Part shown: positions 13,798 through 26,194 of the stretch, one piece after another
How the letters are laid out: the number at the start of each line of letters is the position of its first letter
Numbering within the stretch: position 1 is the first letter of the stretch
Origin: Octopus bimaculoides
Lineage: Eukaryota
Reading direction: 5' to 3'
DNA length: 64,000 nt
Assembly (NCBI RefSeq): GCF_001194135.2
Contig: NC_068986.1
Span: forward strand, 9,446,308 to 9,510,307
Position numbers and translations under genes: made by a program
The notes under the pieces: model-generated
The model's input: the letters and a program-made list of their open reading frames with translations, nothing else
Told to the model about the DNA's origin: nothing
Database searches by the model: none

Positions 13798-15173
13798 ATG
13801 TAATAGGTTTACATTTTACATAAGCATGAAGTACACACATAGAAGGCAGATGAGAGAGAGATGACTTTAGATGGAATAAACAATCTATTTTGGAAGTAAT
13901 CATTAACAACAGTAATATTCTTTGTTAGTAGAGCTGAACCTTCATTCAAACGTTTTGATTATAGCTTTGGTTGTTTTTGAATGATGAGAGGAGGTTCTAA
14001 TCTTCTTATGATCTTTAAATATTAGAATCTGTTATTAGTTTGATATTAGAAACCCTCCTTAAGAGAATTAATTAGTTTAACACTACATGATTGAGAGATT
14101 GTTTTAATTAGATGATTAGTAGTGGAATGGTAAGGTGGGGAGTCAATGAAATGGCTCAATAAAAAATCTCTTCAAATTCCTTCAGACAATCCTTTTGTTA
14201 GTCTTTGTTTCTCTCAAGTAAACTTTGAACTCTCCAATTCCATCCACTTTGTGGCTATTTCTCCACAGTATTTTCTTTTATTATAGACTTGTACCAAAAC
14301 CAATGAATAAATTCTTGTGAGAAATCTTTGCACTTTCGTACCCTTTTCCAAAATTTATTCATAAGAAATGCTCTCAATGTCAAATAACTGAACACGTTTT
14401 AAAATATGTGAAAATGTTCTCCAATTTTTTTTTTTTTTTTTTTACAAAGTCAGTTTTATTGCATTCTAAGTTATTTGTTTGCATGCTTATGCATCCACAT
14501 GTGAATCTACATGTGCATGTGATCCCACATGTGTATGTGTTCATATAGAAACGCAAATACATTTAAAATGTTAATTATTCTCAAGACATAATCTTTCCTT
14601 TTCATTTTGCTTTCTATATACGCACAACTGAAGTATGTATAATATATGTATTAATTTCTTTTATTTAATAATAATGATAATAATAATACATTACGGAATT
14701 CTATATAATATATTGATATATTTCATTTAATACAATTACTGCTGCTAATAATAATAATAATAATAATGATTTCTTTTGAGGAAGTTAACGTTATACCATT
14801 GTGTGCTTATAGATATAAAGAATGTCACAAATTCTCAGGAATAAAATCAATTTTTCTTCTCATGGAAACCTTTTAACAGATCTAACATAGCTTACAGATT
14901 GGACAAAAATAAAATTATTGCCAGCCAGCAAATATCATTTAATCTAAAATTTATTTATTTTTTTTTCAATGTAATTTGATATTGATAAATTTAAATAATT
15001 ATTATATTTTTTAAAAAATCAATATTTTTTTCTATTTCTTTATAGAAATACATAAAATTATTCTTGTTATAATTTAAAAGAAAAAGAAGTTTTTTCAGAC
15101 GTTTCAATCCAGATGAAGCTGATTCTGTTGGTCCATTTTATACTATTTTTAATGAATGAAAATTTATTTTCAG

Positions 15174-15282
15174 GTTTACCCAAAATAGACAATCGACCTA
15201 AGGATGAGATTCTCCGGGAAAAGATGTTGCACATATTGGAATCTGCTTATCCCAACATTTTGGCAGTTGAAGATATCTGCCG
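15174..15282 (+). CDS. Exon: N-terminal half of winged-helix-like domain (G-LPKIDNRPKDEILREKMLHILESAYPNILAVEDIC-R)
   Basis: tttattttcag acceptor, CG|gtgagt donor; open 109-nt exon whose phase-2 end joins 19157. Confidence 0.88.
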
Positions 15283-15877
15283 GTGAGTTTATTCCAAATG
15301 TATATTTAGTTTGGTTTTCAACTGATGTCTTTTAGTTTAGCAAGGTGGAATATTTTCTTTAAAATGGAACTGATTTCATACAGTACAGGACCCAAATTCA
15401 TAATTTAGTCTTCATTAGTTGTAGTTTGTTGCTTCATTAGCATAGGTTAATGAACATTTGTTCATTTTCCTCTCTCTTTCACATTCATCATTCAAATCTA
15501 TTTCGCCAAACTTTCTAAGGATCTCAGATATTCTTTGGCACATCTTTGTAATGGAAACTGTTACTTAGAACTTGTTATGTATCTAGGACTGTCCTACCTC
15601 GTAATGTACTAATGACCATCACTTTCTCCACAAACTCTCAAGTTTGCATTTGATATTAATCAATAACAAGTTCATTCTTAAATGAACCTTGTCTGTCTTG
15701 CTAATTTACTGATTATTCTAACCGTTTTATTATCCAGGAATCAACAACTCTGTTTTAGCTTTTTCTGCAGTTGAGGAATATTTATCTCTGCTAGAATTCT
15801 TTTATTATTCGACTATATTTCACCTATGTGTCATACAGCACCATACAATAATACACACAACTCCCTTATTGCTCCTC

Positions 15878-15926
<49 letters not shown>

Positions 15927-16539
15927 ATACTGAGTATATATATAAATGCTGTTTAAAGATGTTTAACTTTTTTTCTGTTAGTGTTTTGCTTCTAAGACTG
16001 ATTTGTTCCAAAGTCACTAACCTTAAATCTTCTATGAGGTTTATACAATTAGTCATCTGTCAATAATTACAGACAGATGGCTAATTGATTGGATAATTTA
16101 TGAAGTTTTTGTTGCATCAAAGTGATTTGAATCTTCAAACTCCAAAAGTTTTAAAATCTTGCCATTTCATCTGCCAACCATCTCTGATAACAGGCAGCAA
16201 TTCTTCTGATAATCTCCTCAATGATGTCAAAATCCTTTTGCTCAGTCATTAATTGTACCTGGGGGCCATCAGTAGAAATAATCAATGTAGTGAATGATAA
16301 TTATTACTGTCTTACTGCCATGGAATCAGCCAACCTTCATTATTCTACCACCTCTCACTGCTACTTCTGTCTTTCATTGTTCACAGATGTTATTTATTCA
16401 GTGAAAATGAGTTTCAAGATATTTTAATAACAGTTGTACTGTTTCCTGTTCAGTGTTTAACATGTATTAATACATATGATTATTTAGTTAAATCTCATCT
16501 TCTCAGTTGGAAAATAAAGACTTGACTTCTTCAACACCA

Positions 16540-17050
16540 TTCTGACAGTCTTTAGCAACTCTCTACAGTGCCATATTCTATGTATAAGACATTTCTCTCA
16601 GTTCACCTTCCACCATTCCAAGCCAAATGTGCCTCCTGCCATCCCTCCTCCTTTTACTCTCCAAGCTTTGATTTTCCCAATCAGTGTCCATCTTAATGCT
16701 ATCTTTGGTATCTTGTCTCAATGTGTGAAGACCAAACAATCTGAGCTCCTGGTTTTTTTCTTCTTTGAATTGTCACATTTATTCTAACAGCTGTTCAATT
16801 GATATTTTATAAAACCAGAAAAGGCAGCAGATATTCCTTCTCTGGCAAAATATAGTTCTTATTCTTGTTTCCTTTTATCATTTGCCACCATTAAAACAGA
16901 CTTGGTATTACTGCTATAGAATCCAGTCTTACTCCTGACACTGGAATGCTTAGAATTCCAGATCAACTGAAGTCTTGCCAATGTACCAAGACTTTGGGTT
17001 AACCCTTACTTAGATGTCCTTTTTTTTGCATTCTTGACTTTGCCAAAATA
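16540..17050 (-). mobile_element. Highly degraded RTE LINE 3' coding remnant
   Basis: Fragmentary minus-strand translation (LFGHTLRQDTKDSIKMAL; DIxVR) resembles an RTE C-terminus; many stops. Confidence 0.4.
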
Positions 17051-17230
17051 GCTTCCTTAATATTTTAGTCTTTTGGGTAACCATTGGCAGTGATAGGTAC
17101 CCGACTGGAACCTATGTATCTATCATGAGTTTTATTAATTCTGAAATTGCAAAATTATAAAATTTTCTTCTGGTATACTGATTCTTTGCTATATTTCTTG
17201 GAATGCCCTCTTATTTTATATACCTTCATA

Positions 17231-17264
<34 letters not shown>

Positions 17265-18403
17265 CATGTGTGTGTGGAGGTATGCATGTTCCATAGTGTT
17301 AATGTGTATGTCAGGGCCTGTGGTTTCCGGCATGTTAATGTGTTTTTTAGTAAGTAGGGAGGAAGACAGTATCACGAGAACATAAAAGAAATGGCCATGT
17401 TCAGTATGCAGAAAGGATTCTATAGAAATGCTCTAAGATGTACCCAATGAAAACAATGGGCACACAAGAGGGGTGATAGGATCCCCTGCAGGCTAACAGA
17501 GATGGTAGAGTTCATATGCAGCTGATGCACCAAGGCAATAAGCCTTAGAAGTGCTCAGGAAATAAATTTTCTTAAATTCCCAGATGACTCCCTAAAAATA
17601 ATTAATAGGTTTTTATTTTTTATCCAGGTGACCAAATTAGCAGTGGAGGTAATTGTTCTGAAAGTGTGGTAGCTAGAATATAAGCTCTAGAAAGCTTAGG
17701 GGTCTATTACCTCTGCTGGCAGCAAAAAGCTTATTCTTCAAGGTCAAGGTCTGATTGTAAGATGTTTGTGTGTAGTGTTGCACGATAGCAAGATGTGGGC
17801 CTTAGATGTGGAATACCAGATTGGCAGCTGCGCTTGCATTCACGTTTTCTCTCTTCATGATACACATGTTTATCTAAGAGTAAGGCTGCCAACAGGTTCA
17901 GTTTGGCACCAGTAATGTCAAAGGCACTACTCTCAGAACAAAACAGCCAGAAGAGACACTGCAAGGCATCATTTTTCCTCCCACAACCTTGGGTTTGCCC
18001 CATTTTTATTGACCCCTTAAAGGATGAAAGACAAGTTATCTTTAGTTTGATTTGATCCCAGAATACCACAAGGTATTCTATGTAAATGACTGAGCCACTG
18101 CATGGACTCAGTCAATTAGATGCCTTCGTACATGAGTGTCAAGTTTAATAACCCAGGTTCACTGGCCATCTTGGGCTGATATTTATTTGTGCTTCTGTGA
18201 AAAAGGCAAAACAAAGGAAATGGAAACCAACAGAATATGGACCCTGGAAATCTTCACAACTGGAAATACAAATTCTTGAGAGGGTATTTAGTGTATGCTA
18301 TCACATAAATAAAACTTTATACAAACAGCATCATCTGCTCATTACATGTTAGAGAGAGAGAGAGAGATGTTAAAACAGTTTGATATCTGTTGTGCTGGTG
18401 CCA

Positions 18404-18592
18404 CATAAAAAGGCATTGGTGATAGTGCCATATAAAAAGCACCCATTACATTCTGTAAAGTGGGTGGCATTAAGAAGGGCATCTGGCTGTAGAAACCAAG
18501 TCAAAACAGACTATGGAACCTGGTGCAGCTCCTGTCGAGCTGTCCAACCCATGCCAGCATGGAAAACAGATGTTAAATGATGAAGATGATGT
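18404..18592 (+). mobile_element. Family A tail copy
   Basis: ggcattaagaagggcatctggctgtagaaacc..gttaaatgatgaagatgatg. Confidence 0.8.
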
Positions 18593-19156
18593 GTAATTAA
18601 AAGTTGTGTGAACTCTGTCATAATGCCGAGGATGTTGACCTTCCATAGAAATATCAGCAACATAAATTAGTCAGTAGTTTTAATGCATTTATAATCTTAA
18701 ACACATGAAAATAAGTTTCTTGTCTGCTAGTATTTCATGGCTTAAATATCACAACCGATATGTCCTTTTGCCACATTGTCTGATCCACTTCATGTCATGA
18801 CCCTTTTGGGGGTCAGAAGCTTGGATTTTCTACTTCAAAATTAGAGCTTGTCAAAAATGAGATGTTGAATAACCAACTTTGTGTTGTGTAGTGATTTTCA
18901 TTACTTTCCTGGTTTATTATTTTATAGAATAGAATAGGAGCAAATCAGAAATACTACCATACTGACAAATATTAAATATCAGCTCTAAGTTTTTACTTTA
19001 AGTTCTACCATCAAATTTTGGGCCCAGGTGGAAGAAAAGTCCTTCTGGACTCACTATAATTAAGTACAAGTTATATACCAGAGTTTGGTTGGTTTCATTC
19101 CCCACCACGCCCTAAAAATGTAATATTGTCTCTAACGAACTGTTGTTAATTTCTAG

Positions 19157-19275
19157 AATTACTGCTGCTGATGAAGTAATGGTCCGTGAACAACTGAAAG
19201 AACTCCATACACGCAATTTGGTCACAGAAATGGAGCAGGGTGGATTCATGAGACATGTATTAGACGAGAAATCAG
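19157..19275 (+). CDS. Exon: C-terminal half of winged-helix-like domain (R-ITAADEVMVREQLKELHTRNLVTEMEQGGFMRHVLDEKS-E)
   Basis: aatttctag acceptor; inside ORF 19143..; donor TCAG|gttaca is weak but gives the phase required by exon 21274. Confidence 0.85.
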
Positions 19276-19930
19276 GTTACAATTTGATTTTTATGTTATA
19301 CAACTTTAAACAACAACTTTACAGGACTTTTCTTTTTCCTTTTAATTGTAAGATAAATATTTTTGGAATTAATTATCTTATNNNNNNNNNNNNNNNNNNN
19401 NNNNNNNNNNNNNNNNNNNNNNNNNNNNNNNNNNNNNNNNNNNNNNNNNNNNNNNNNNNNNNNNNNNNNNNNNNNNNNNNNNNNNNNNNNNNNNNNNNNN
19501 NNNNNNNNNNNNNNNNNNNNNNNNNNNNNNNNNNNNNNNNNNNNNNNNNNNNNNNNNNNNNNNNNNNNNNNNNNNNNNNNNNNNNNNNNNNNNNNNNNNN
19601 NNNNNNNNNNNNNNNNNNNNNNNNNNNNNNNNNNNNNNNNNNNNNNNNNNNNNNNNNNNNNNNNNNNNNNNNNNNNNNNNNNNNNNNNNNNNNNNNNNNN
19701 NNNNNNNNNNNNNNNNNNNNNNNNNNNNNNNNNNNNNNNNNNNNNNNNNNNNNAGATAAGAAAAATAATGAGATTTGTGAAAAATAAATTGTCAACATTT
19801 TACAATGTTTAATACACATACAAACATTCTAATCACCATCGTATCAATTTATCTGTGGCAATCTTTATACTCAATGTGGATGTAGTGTTAGAATGTTGTA
19901 TTACTGATTATCTCGTATAAAAAACCACAG

Positions 19931-20280
19931 GAATGGCTGTGTGGTAAGTAGCTTGCTTACCAACCACATGGTTCTGGGTTCAGTCCCACTGCCTGGCACC
20001 TTGGGCAAGTGTCTTCTACTACAACCTCAGGCCGACCAAAGCCTTGTGAGTGGATTTAGTAGACTGAAACTGAAAGAAGCCTGTCATATATGTATGTGTG
20101 TGTCTGTATTTGTCCCCCTAACATCACTTGACAACCGATGCTGGTATGTTTATGTCCCCATAACTTAGCAGTTCAGCAAAAGATACTGATAGAATAAGTC
20201 CTTGGGTCAGTTTGCTTGACTAAAGGCAGTGTTCCAGCATGGCTACAGTCAAATGACTGAGGCAAGTAAAAGAATAAAAG
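19931..20280 (+). mobile_element. Family C SINE, near full length
   Basis: Head ggctgtgtggtaagtagcttgc..ggttcagtccc (A/B boxes), accttgggcaagtgtc CORE-like block, (TG)n, 3' domain. Confidence 0.85.
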
Positions 20281-20959
20281 TATATCATTAGCAGATGAGA
20301 ATCGTCTTGCATGCGTGAGAGAACTGCTAGATCACATGATTTCAGCATACATGTGCTTCATCAAGAGCAAGCATTTACTGACTACATGCCAGCAAAATTC
20401 CACCACCAATGATGTTGAAAAATAGTGACTGTTCAATCACTGATGTCACAAATAATGAGCAGGCTCTTTAAAAATAGGTATCAGTGACAGCAGCACTATT
20501 AATATTGAATGATACACACACACATGCACGCACACACACACACACACGTTTGTGTGAGTATAAAATTTAGATTATGCTGTAGAAGCATCTCTAGAATAAA
20601 ATCTTTATCTATATAACATAATTAATGTATGTGAATTGTTAAGAAACCAGAAGCCGCAGTTTTTGTGTGCAAATAATCATTTCATAGATATATTGTATTA
20701 AACAACACTATATACATCATTGCTAAAACGAAATTTGCCCAGAAGTGACCATGAGAGTGACAGATGTGCATTTCACTATCGTTACAGCTTGTCAATGTTC
20801 TCTGTACTTGTGTCACTTTCAGAACAAGATAGAATCAACCAGTCTGAAGAGACAATGTATAAACTATGCATTGGTTTGTGAGAATGCTGCATTAGCTGAC
20901 CATAATGCTTCCCACTCATCACTTTTTGCTAATTGTTATTAGTTAATATTTCCTTAATT

Positions 20960-21150
20960 TAGGTGGCAAGATGGCAGAATTGTTACTTTACCAGACAAAA
21001 TGCTTAGTGGCATTTCTTCCAATTTTGCATTTTGAGCTCAAATTCTGCCAAGGTCAACTTTGCCTTTTGTCTTTTTGAGATTGATAAAATAAGTACCAGT
21101 TAAGTACTGGGTCCATGTTATCAACTTATCCCCTCCCTTGAAATTGCTGG
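20960..21150 (+). mobile_element. Family M SINE about 125 nt upstream of exon 21274
   Basis: aggtggcaagatggcagaa..gagctcaaattctgccaaggtcaactttgcc..aagtaccagt. Confidence 0.75.
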
Positions 21151-21273
21151 CCTTGTACCAATATTTCCTTAACTTTCTACAACCTTTGTCATATTTATTC
21201 ATTCTTTCATTGGAAAGAGATTCTTGTGTTTGTTGTAAATTCTCACACCATGCTTTCATGGATTCTCTTGTAG

Positions 21274-21417
21274 AGGTACAACTTGTAAAACAGATGCCAA
21301 CGATTGCTGCCAACCAACAGCCAACCATTGCTATCATCACTGCAATGTATTACGAAAAACTTGCTGTTGATGCTATGATGGAAAACAAGACAACATACAT
21401 GAAGTATAAAACAGAAG
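21274..21417 (+). CDS. Exon: start of PNP_UDP_1/MTAN-fold domain (E-VQLVKQMPTIAANQQPTIAIITAMYYEKLAVDAMMENKTTYMKYKTE-G)
   Basis: ttctcttgtag acceptor, AAG|gtctgt donor; TIAIITAMYYE aligns with beta1 and catalytic Glu12 of E. coli MTAN (IGIIGAMEEE). Confidence 0.9.
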
Positions 21418-21591
21418 GTCTGTTAGTTCAATTTTATTCTTTTTAATGTTCTGAATTGTTTGTGAAAAAAAAAAAAATCTTTTCAGCCACTAAGGGACAT
21501 GCTCAAGTGGCTATGGTCAAGCAACTGATAAGTGGTCATTTCCTTTGATTTCTAGATAGAAGCAGATAAGAAATAACACTTAGTGGTCAAA

Positions 21592-21745
21592 TCATCGTTG
21601 TTTAATGTCTGCTTCCCATGCTGGCATGGATTGGACGGTTTGACTGAGGACTGGCAAGCCAGAAGGCTGCACCAGGTTCCAATCTGATCTGGCAAAGTTT
21701 CTACAGTTGGATGCCCTTCTTAATGACCCACCACTCCAAGAGTGT
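21592..21745 (-). mobile_element. Family A tail copy
   Basis: tcatcgttgtttaatgtctgcttcccatgctggcatgg..ctacagttggatgcccttc. Confidence 0.8.
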
Positions 21746-21779
21746 AGCCTGAATGCTGCCCAAAGGGCAGCTTCAAGGC

Positions 21780-22340
21780 TAGTATCGTAATATTTACATG
21801 AAGCTCTAAGCAAATTGATTGCTTGATGCTTCATGAACAGGCTTCGGAGAAATCAGTTTGTGCCATTTCTGTGAATATTTTGGGTTTCAGGAAATGCAAA
21901 AACAAAGAATGGTTTGATGAAAATATCTCGGAAATATCTCAGCTTCTGGACATCAAGGCATAAATAACAGCAGAAATTGCTGGATCTTAATTTATCTGGA
22001 ATGAATTGCTAGTAGGAAGAGGAAGCAAGTTATTGGAAGGACCACAAATCAGTGGTAGAATGCATCAACTGGAGATGCTTATATTTACAGAGCTCCAACA
22101 ATACAAATAAACCACTGCCATTCAAAGCTGTATTCATTGGCTGCTGGGGTAGAAATTCATTTTGGATTAATGCACAAAGATGAAACTACTGTTGGAGTAA
22201 TCCTTGACCAAATTATATCCCACTTTGATCACAAAAAATGTCTTTAAACGTCAGAGCTGAAGACCCATGATGGAAATGCTATGAAATGTGTTACAGTCTG
22301 ATGCCTGCAATGAGAATGTGGTTCTGTTTGAACCCAAGAT
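21780..22340 (+). mobile_element. RTE (BovB-like) LINE internal fragment
   Basis: ILGFRKCKNKEWFDENISEISQLLDIKA matches the RTE endonuclease-RT linker WFDENxxEIxxLL; degraded. Confidence 0.6.
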
Positions 22341-22402
22341 AGACAACCACCTCTCTCTCTCACTCTCACACACACACATACACTTGGGAGAGACTAAGCA
22401 GA

Positions 22403-22562
22403 GGCATGGCTCTGTAGTACAAAGTGTGCTTCTCAATTGCATGGTTCCAGGTTCAGTCCCACTGTGTGGTACCATAGGCAAGTGTCTTCTACTATAGCTT
22501 CTGGCTGATCAAAGCCTTGGGGGTAGACTTGGTAGACAGAAACTGAAAGAAGCCCATCATAT
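22403..22562 (+). mobile_element. Family C SINE 5' half
   Basis: ggttccaggttcagtcccactgtgtggtaccataggcaagtgtc. Confidence 0.75.
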
Positions 22563-22809
22563 ATAGATTTTTATAAATTTGTAAATAACACCCAAAGGCT
22601 GTAAATTTTGGAGAAAAGTGACCACACAGGTCTTTTTATAATAACTGTAATTGTATATTATATTTTTATAATAATAATAATAGAGGCTCCAATTAAATCA
22701 ACTAAACCTAAACAAATGACTGAAAAAAGATTGGCCTATATTATTATTATAAAAAATGATATATAATTTACAGTTATTTTATATATATGTATGTCTGTGC
22801 ATGTGTGTA

Positions 22810-23045
22810 ACTTTGACATGATACTTATGATTGCCTCTGCCATGCAAGCAGTGTCGTTCATTTCCAATGTTCTATGGAAACATGTCTGGCCGTGTGTGCA
22901 TGTGTGTGGGGATATTACTTTGCTTGGAAACTGATGAGGGCTGGTGACTGGAAAGGTGTCTCACCATAAAAAATCTGCTTTGGTAAACTCCATCTAACTC
23001 ATGCAGGAATGGGGAAATGGATGTTAAAACGATACTGATGATTAT
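22810..23045 (+). mobile_element. Diverged (GAT)n-tailed retroposon (related tail family)
   Basis: tattactttgcttggaaac..ggaaatggatgttaaaacgatactgatga; tail organised like family A. Confidence 0.5.
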
Positions 23046-23465
23046 TCTACACACACACACACAACTATGTATGTTTATGTGTATACACAGAGATACTTGT
23101 GAATAACTTTCTCCTGGATTCCTTGAACAGTCTACTCTGTTGCAAACACATCCGCAAGGTTTCTTGTGGGAAGCTGTCACAATATCTTCCCACACCAAGC
23201 CCACAGCTTTCTTTCCTCTGTGTGGTATCACAATTTGTCAGAAGAGCTTCTACTCAAGGGAACCAGATCATACATAAGGAGCTAGGAATTTTAATACAAA
23301 CATGCACACATGTGTCTGTATAACATATTTATGATGTTTACACATATTGGCATAAGTTATAATATACACATCCATATTGTCCAACACGATAACCTACACA
23401 TACATACACCGTGTACACATGCATGCTCACACACTGCTAGCTGAAGGTACTGATAACTTGGGCAG

Positions 23466-23479
23466 TCGCTAGGGGGCGC
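23466..23479 (+). promoter_or_regulatory. CTCF-like motif in a GC-rich intronic island
   Basis: TCGCTAGGGGGCGC vs consensus CCRSYAGRKGGCRS, one mismatch. Confidence 0.3.
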
Positions 23480-24451
23480 CGAGGAGGGCGTGACAAAGAC
23501 AAAATTTCCACAACTGTCAGCTTGTACATACCAAAGTTCAGCTTGTCCAGGGAATCAGCAACCCTAGGGCCAGCCTTACACACACACACACACACACTTA
23601 CCCATACATACATACATACACACTGAAAGAGAAGAGCTGAAGGACCCTCCCCACCATCTCATCTATTCTAAAACACAGGAAATAATTACATTTAAAATGG
23701 AGGCTGTTGGTTAGATTTTTAAAAAAGTAAAAAATGTTTTAGATAAAGGGAAATAATCAACTAAGTTACAGCTAATTTGTTATCCATTTGCACTGATAGA
23801 ATTTCTCTCTCTCTCTCACTCTCACTCTCTGTTTATGTGTGTGTATGTATACACACACTGATATAATATATGAAAATAGATTGTTTTAATTTTTAAGTAT
23901 TATGTAAAATATTTTATAAACATAATTGTGGCAAATGTATGTCGACTTAGATTGAGTTACTAATTAGTTAAGATAGTAACAAATTAAGGTGCTGTGTTTG
24001 GTGTCTAATTGTGATATTAGAGTCTAAAGAACATAATTACAACTTATATTAGTACTTTCCATTAAGTCATAGTGGTACACATTTGTTTGCAATGGGAATC
24101 CAGTAGAATAGAGATGTCGCCTGGTTTTGGCTGCTAAATTCAATTGGAATTTTGTGGTAGCACCATCAGGAAACAGCTACCAGACTGCATGTTGTCTGTA
24201 CTAGAGGAAATAAGAGTAAAGTTGTTGGAAAACAGCATTCCGTTCATTACTGTATGTAGTATTTATTATATTAGCTTTGATATGTGTGACCATTTAAAAT
24301 GGTTAGCATTAGGGTCTTGTCTTTATGTGTGTGTGCGTGTCCACACACACATATACTTTCAGTTGAATTTGTGGAATGAGCACTGCTGACAGGTAGCAGT
24401 CTTGGCACAAGTACACAGCCTTGACTGTAACAGGTCTATAACACTGGTATT

Positions 24452-24892
24452 CATCATCATCGTTTAACGTCCGTTTTCCATGCTGGCATGGGCTGGACGG
24501 TTTGACTGAGGTCTAGAGAGCTAGTGGCTGCACCAGGCTCCAATCTGATCTGGCAGTGTTTCTACAGCTGGATGCCCTTCCTAACGCCACTCTGAGAGTG
24601 TAGTGGGTGCTTTTTACGTGCCACCGGCACGGAAGCCAGTCAAAGCGGCACTGGCATCGACCATGTTCGGATGGTGCTTTTTACATGCTACCAGCACATA
24701 AGCCAGTCGGGGTGAGGGGGCTGGCATCAGCCATGTTCGGATAGTGCTTTTTACGTGCTACCGGCACGGGGGTCACAACTACAATTTCCATTTGATTTGA
24801 TTTTGATATTGATGTTGATGTTCTTGACTTAATAGGTCTCCCCAAGCACAGCATGTCGCCCTATGATCCAAAGTACTTTTGAGTGGGCTGGT
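24452..24892 (-). mobile_element. Family A copy with tandem units
   Basis: catcatcatcgtttaacgtccgttttccatgc.. followed by 2-3 tandem units. Confidence 0.88.
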
Positions 24893-25104
24893 GTACAGCT
24901 TGTATGTTATAACCATTTTCTTTCATATTGTCTGTTATGGCCTGTTTTCATGATATTCTTCATAAGAAGTTGCTGTGACCAAAGTCTCAAATGCCATTTC
25001 TTTAGCAGTATTACTTTGGATCTTCTATCATAATTATTATTTAATAATCTTAGCTCTTTTTTATGTCTTTAATAGTCAAAAGACAAAAAGCAAATAATAA
25101 TAAT

Positions 25105-25310
25105 GGTTTCAGATTTTGGCACAAGGCCAGCAATTATGGGAAAGTGGGTAAATTGATTACATCAATCCCAGTGCTTGACTGGTACTTATTTAATCGACCC
25201 TAAAAGGATGAAAGGTAAAGTGGACCTTGGTGGAATTTGAACTCGGAAAGTAAAGACCAATAAAATGACACTAAAGATTTTGCCTGGTGTGCTCACAATT
25301 CTAAAACACA
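25105..25310 (-). mobile_element. Family M SINE
   Basis: gattacatcaatcccagtgcttgactggtac..aggatgaaagg..atttgaactcgg. Confidence 0.75.
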
Positions 25311-25909
25311 GCTCACTGCCTATTGTGCTTATAGTATACAGTGCTCAGGTGCACTACATCTCATTGGAAAAGGTTAAAAGAGAGGAGAAAAAGCAGCAAT
25401 AAGTGAAATAAAGAAGAAAAAAGAAACCCAACACTGTAAACCAGAAGTACACACTTGGGGCAGAGGATGAAACCCAGAAAGAGAGAAAAATAATGAGTAA
25501 AAGTCATAAAGAGGAAAGGGGTCGTAGGCGTGTCAGATGAAGTGTTGCTGAATTCCAGGAAGCATGGAATTTTCAAAGGATGCATTATCTTGACAGCTAA
25601 CAACTCATGTGGATAATTTGTTCCATGCTTTGACTATTTTGAATGTGAGAAAAATGTCATGGGGCTCACATTTTTTTTATTTAAAAAATTTTTTCATTTT
25701 AATAATCATGAATTGGAGTGGCTGTGTGGTAAGTAGCTTGCTTACGACCCACATGGTTTCGGGTTCAGTCCCACTGTGTGGCACCTTGGGCAAGTGTCTT
25801 CTACTATAGCCTCAGGCCAAATAAAGCCTTGTGAGTGGATTTGGTATTTGGTAGACGGAAACTGAAAGAAGCCCATCGTATATATGTGTGTGTGTGTATG
25901 TATATATAT

Positions 25910-26194
25910 GGGAGAATATACAAATAATAACAACAGACGAGGACAGGTGGTGTAAATAACAAAAGTATATATTAGTATGACGCTCGGGAATACGGAAAGT
26001 CTTTGACGTTTCGAGCTACGCTCTTCAACAGAAAGAATACGGAGACAAGGAGAAAAACACGGAGAAAAAAAATTGAATAGTGTTCAGTCAACGGTCAATC
26101 GTAATAATGGCCGATCATAACAATGACTGACCGGAATTCTTATTTCAGGAGAGCTAAGAAAGGGGGAGATAACAAACGGTGATCGGGAACGAGG
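25910..26194 (-). mobile_element. Penelope-like element terminal (pLTR-type) fragment inserted into a SINE microsatellite; runs into the gap
   Basis: CpG-rich segment unrelated to the flanking SINE; carries the hammerhead motif; starts right after a (TA)n tract. Confidence 0.65.
26000..26036 (-). ncRNA. Minimal type-I hammerhead ribozyme motif of a Penelope-like element (A6U variant)
   Basis: Minus strand reads TCTTT CTGTTGA A GAG CGTAG CTC GAAA CG TC AAAGA: 5-bp stem I, 3-bp stem II, palindromic ACGT stem III; predicted cleavage between 26005 and 26004. Confidence 0.7.

Noticed and set aside
17628-17648. 21-nt exon-like segment (tatccag|GTGACC..GGAG|gtaatt)
   Set aside because: The host intron is phase 2, so inclusion gives CGG TGA (stop). 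There is no other support; at most a poison exon.
15174-19275. Z-alpha (Z-DNA/Z-RNA binding) identity for the wHTH, which would make a ZBP1-like sensor
   Set aside because: Aligned to ADAR1 Z-alpha, the Asn173/Tyr177/Trp195 and Pro-Pro signature positions read R/K/F with no PP, and the helix is acidic.
21630-21670. CTGAGGA-CTGG-N4-CCAG hairpin in family A tails resembling a hammerhead stem II
   Set aside because: Followed by AAGG/GAGG/ATGG instead of GAAA in all copies; no stem I or III.
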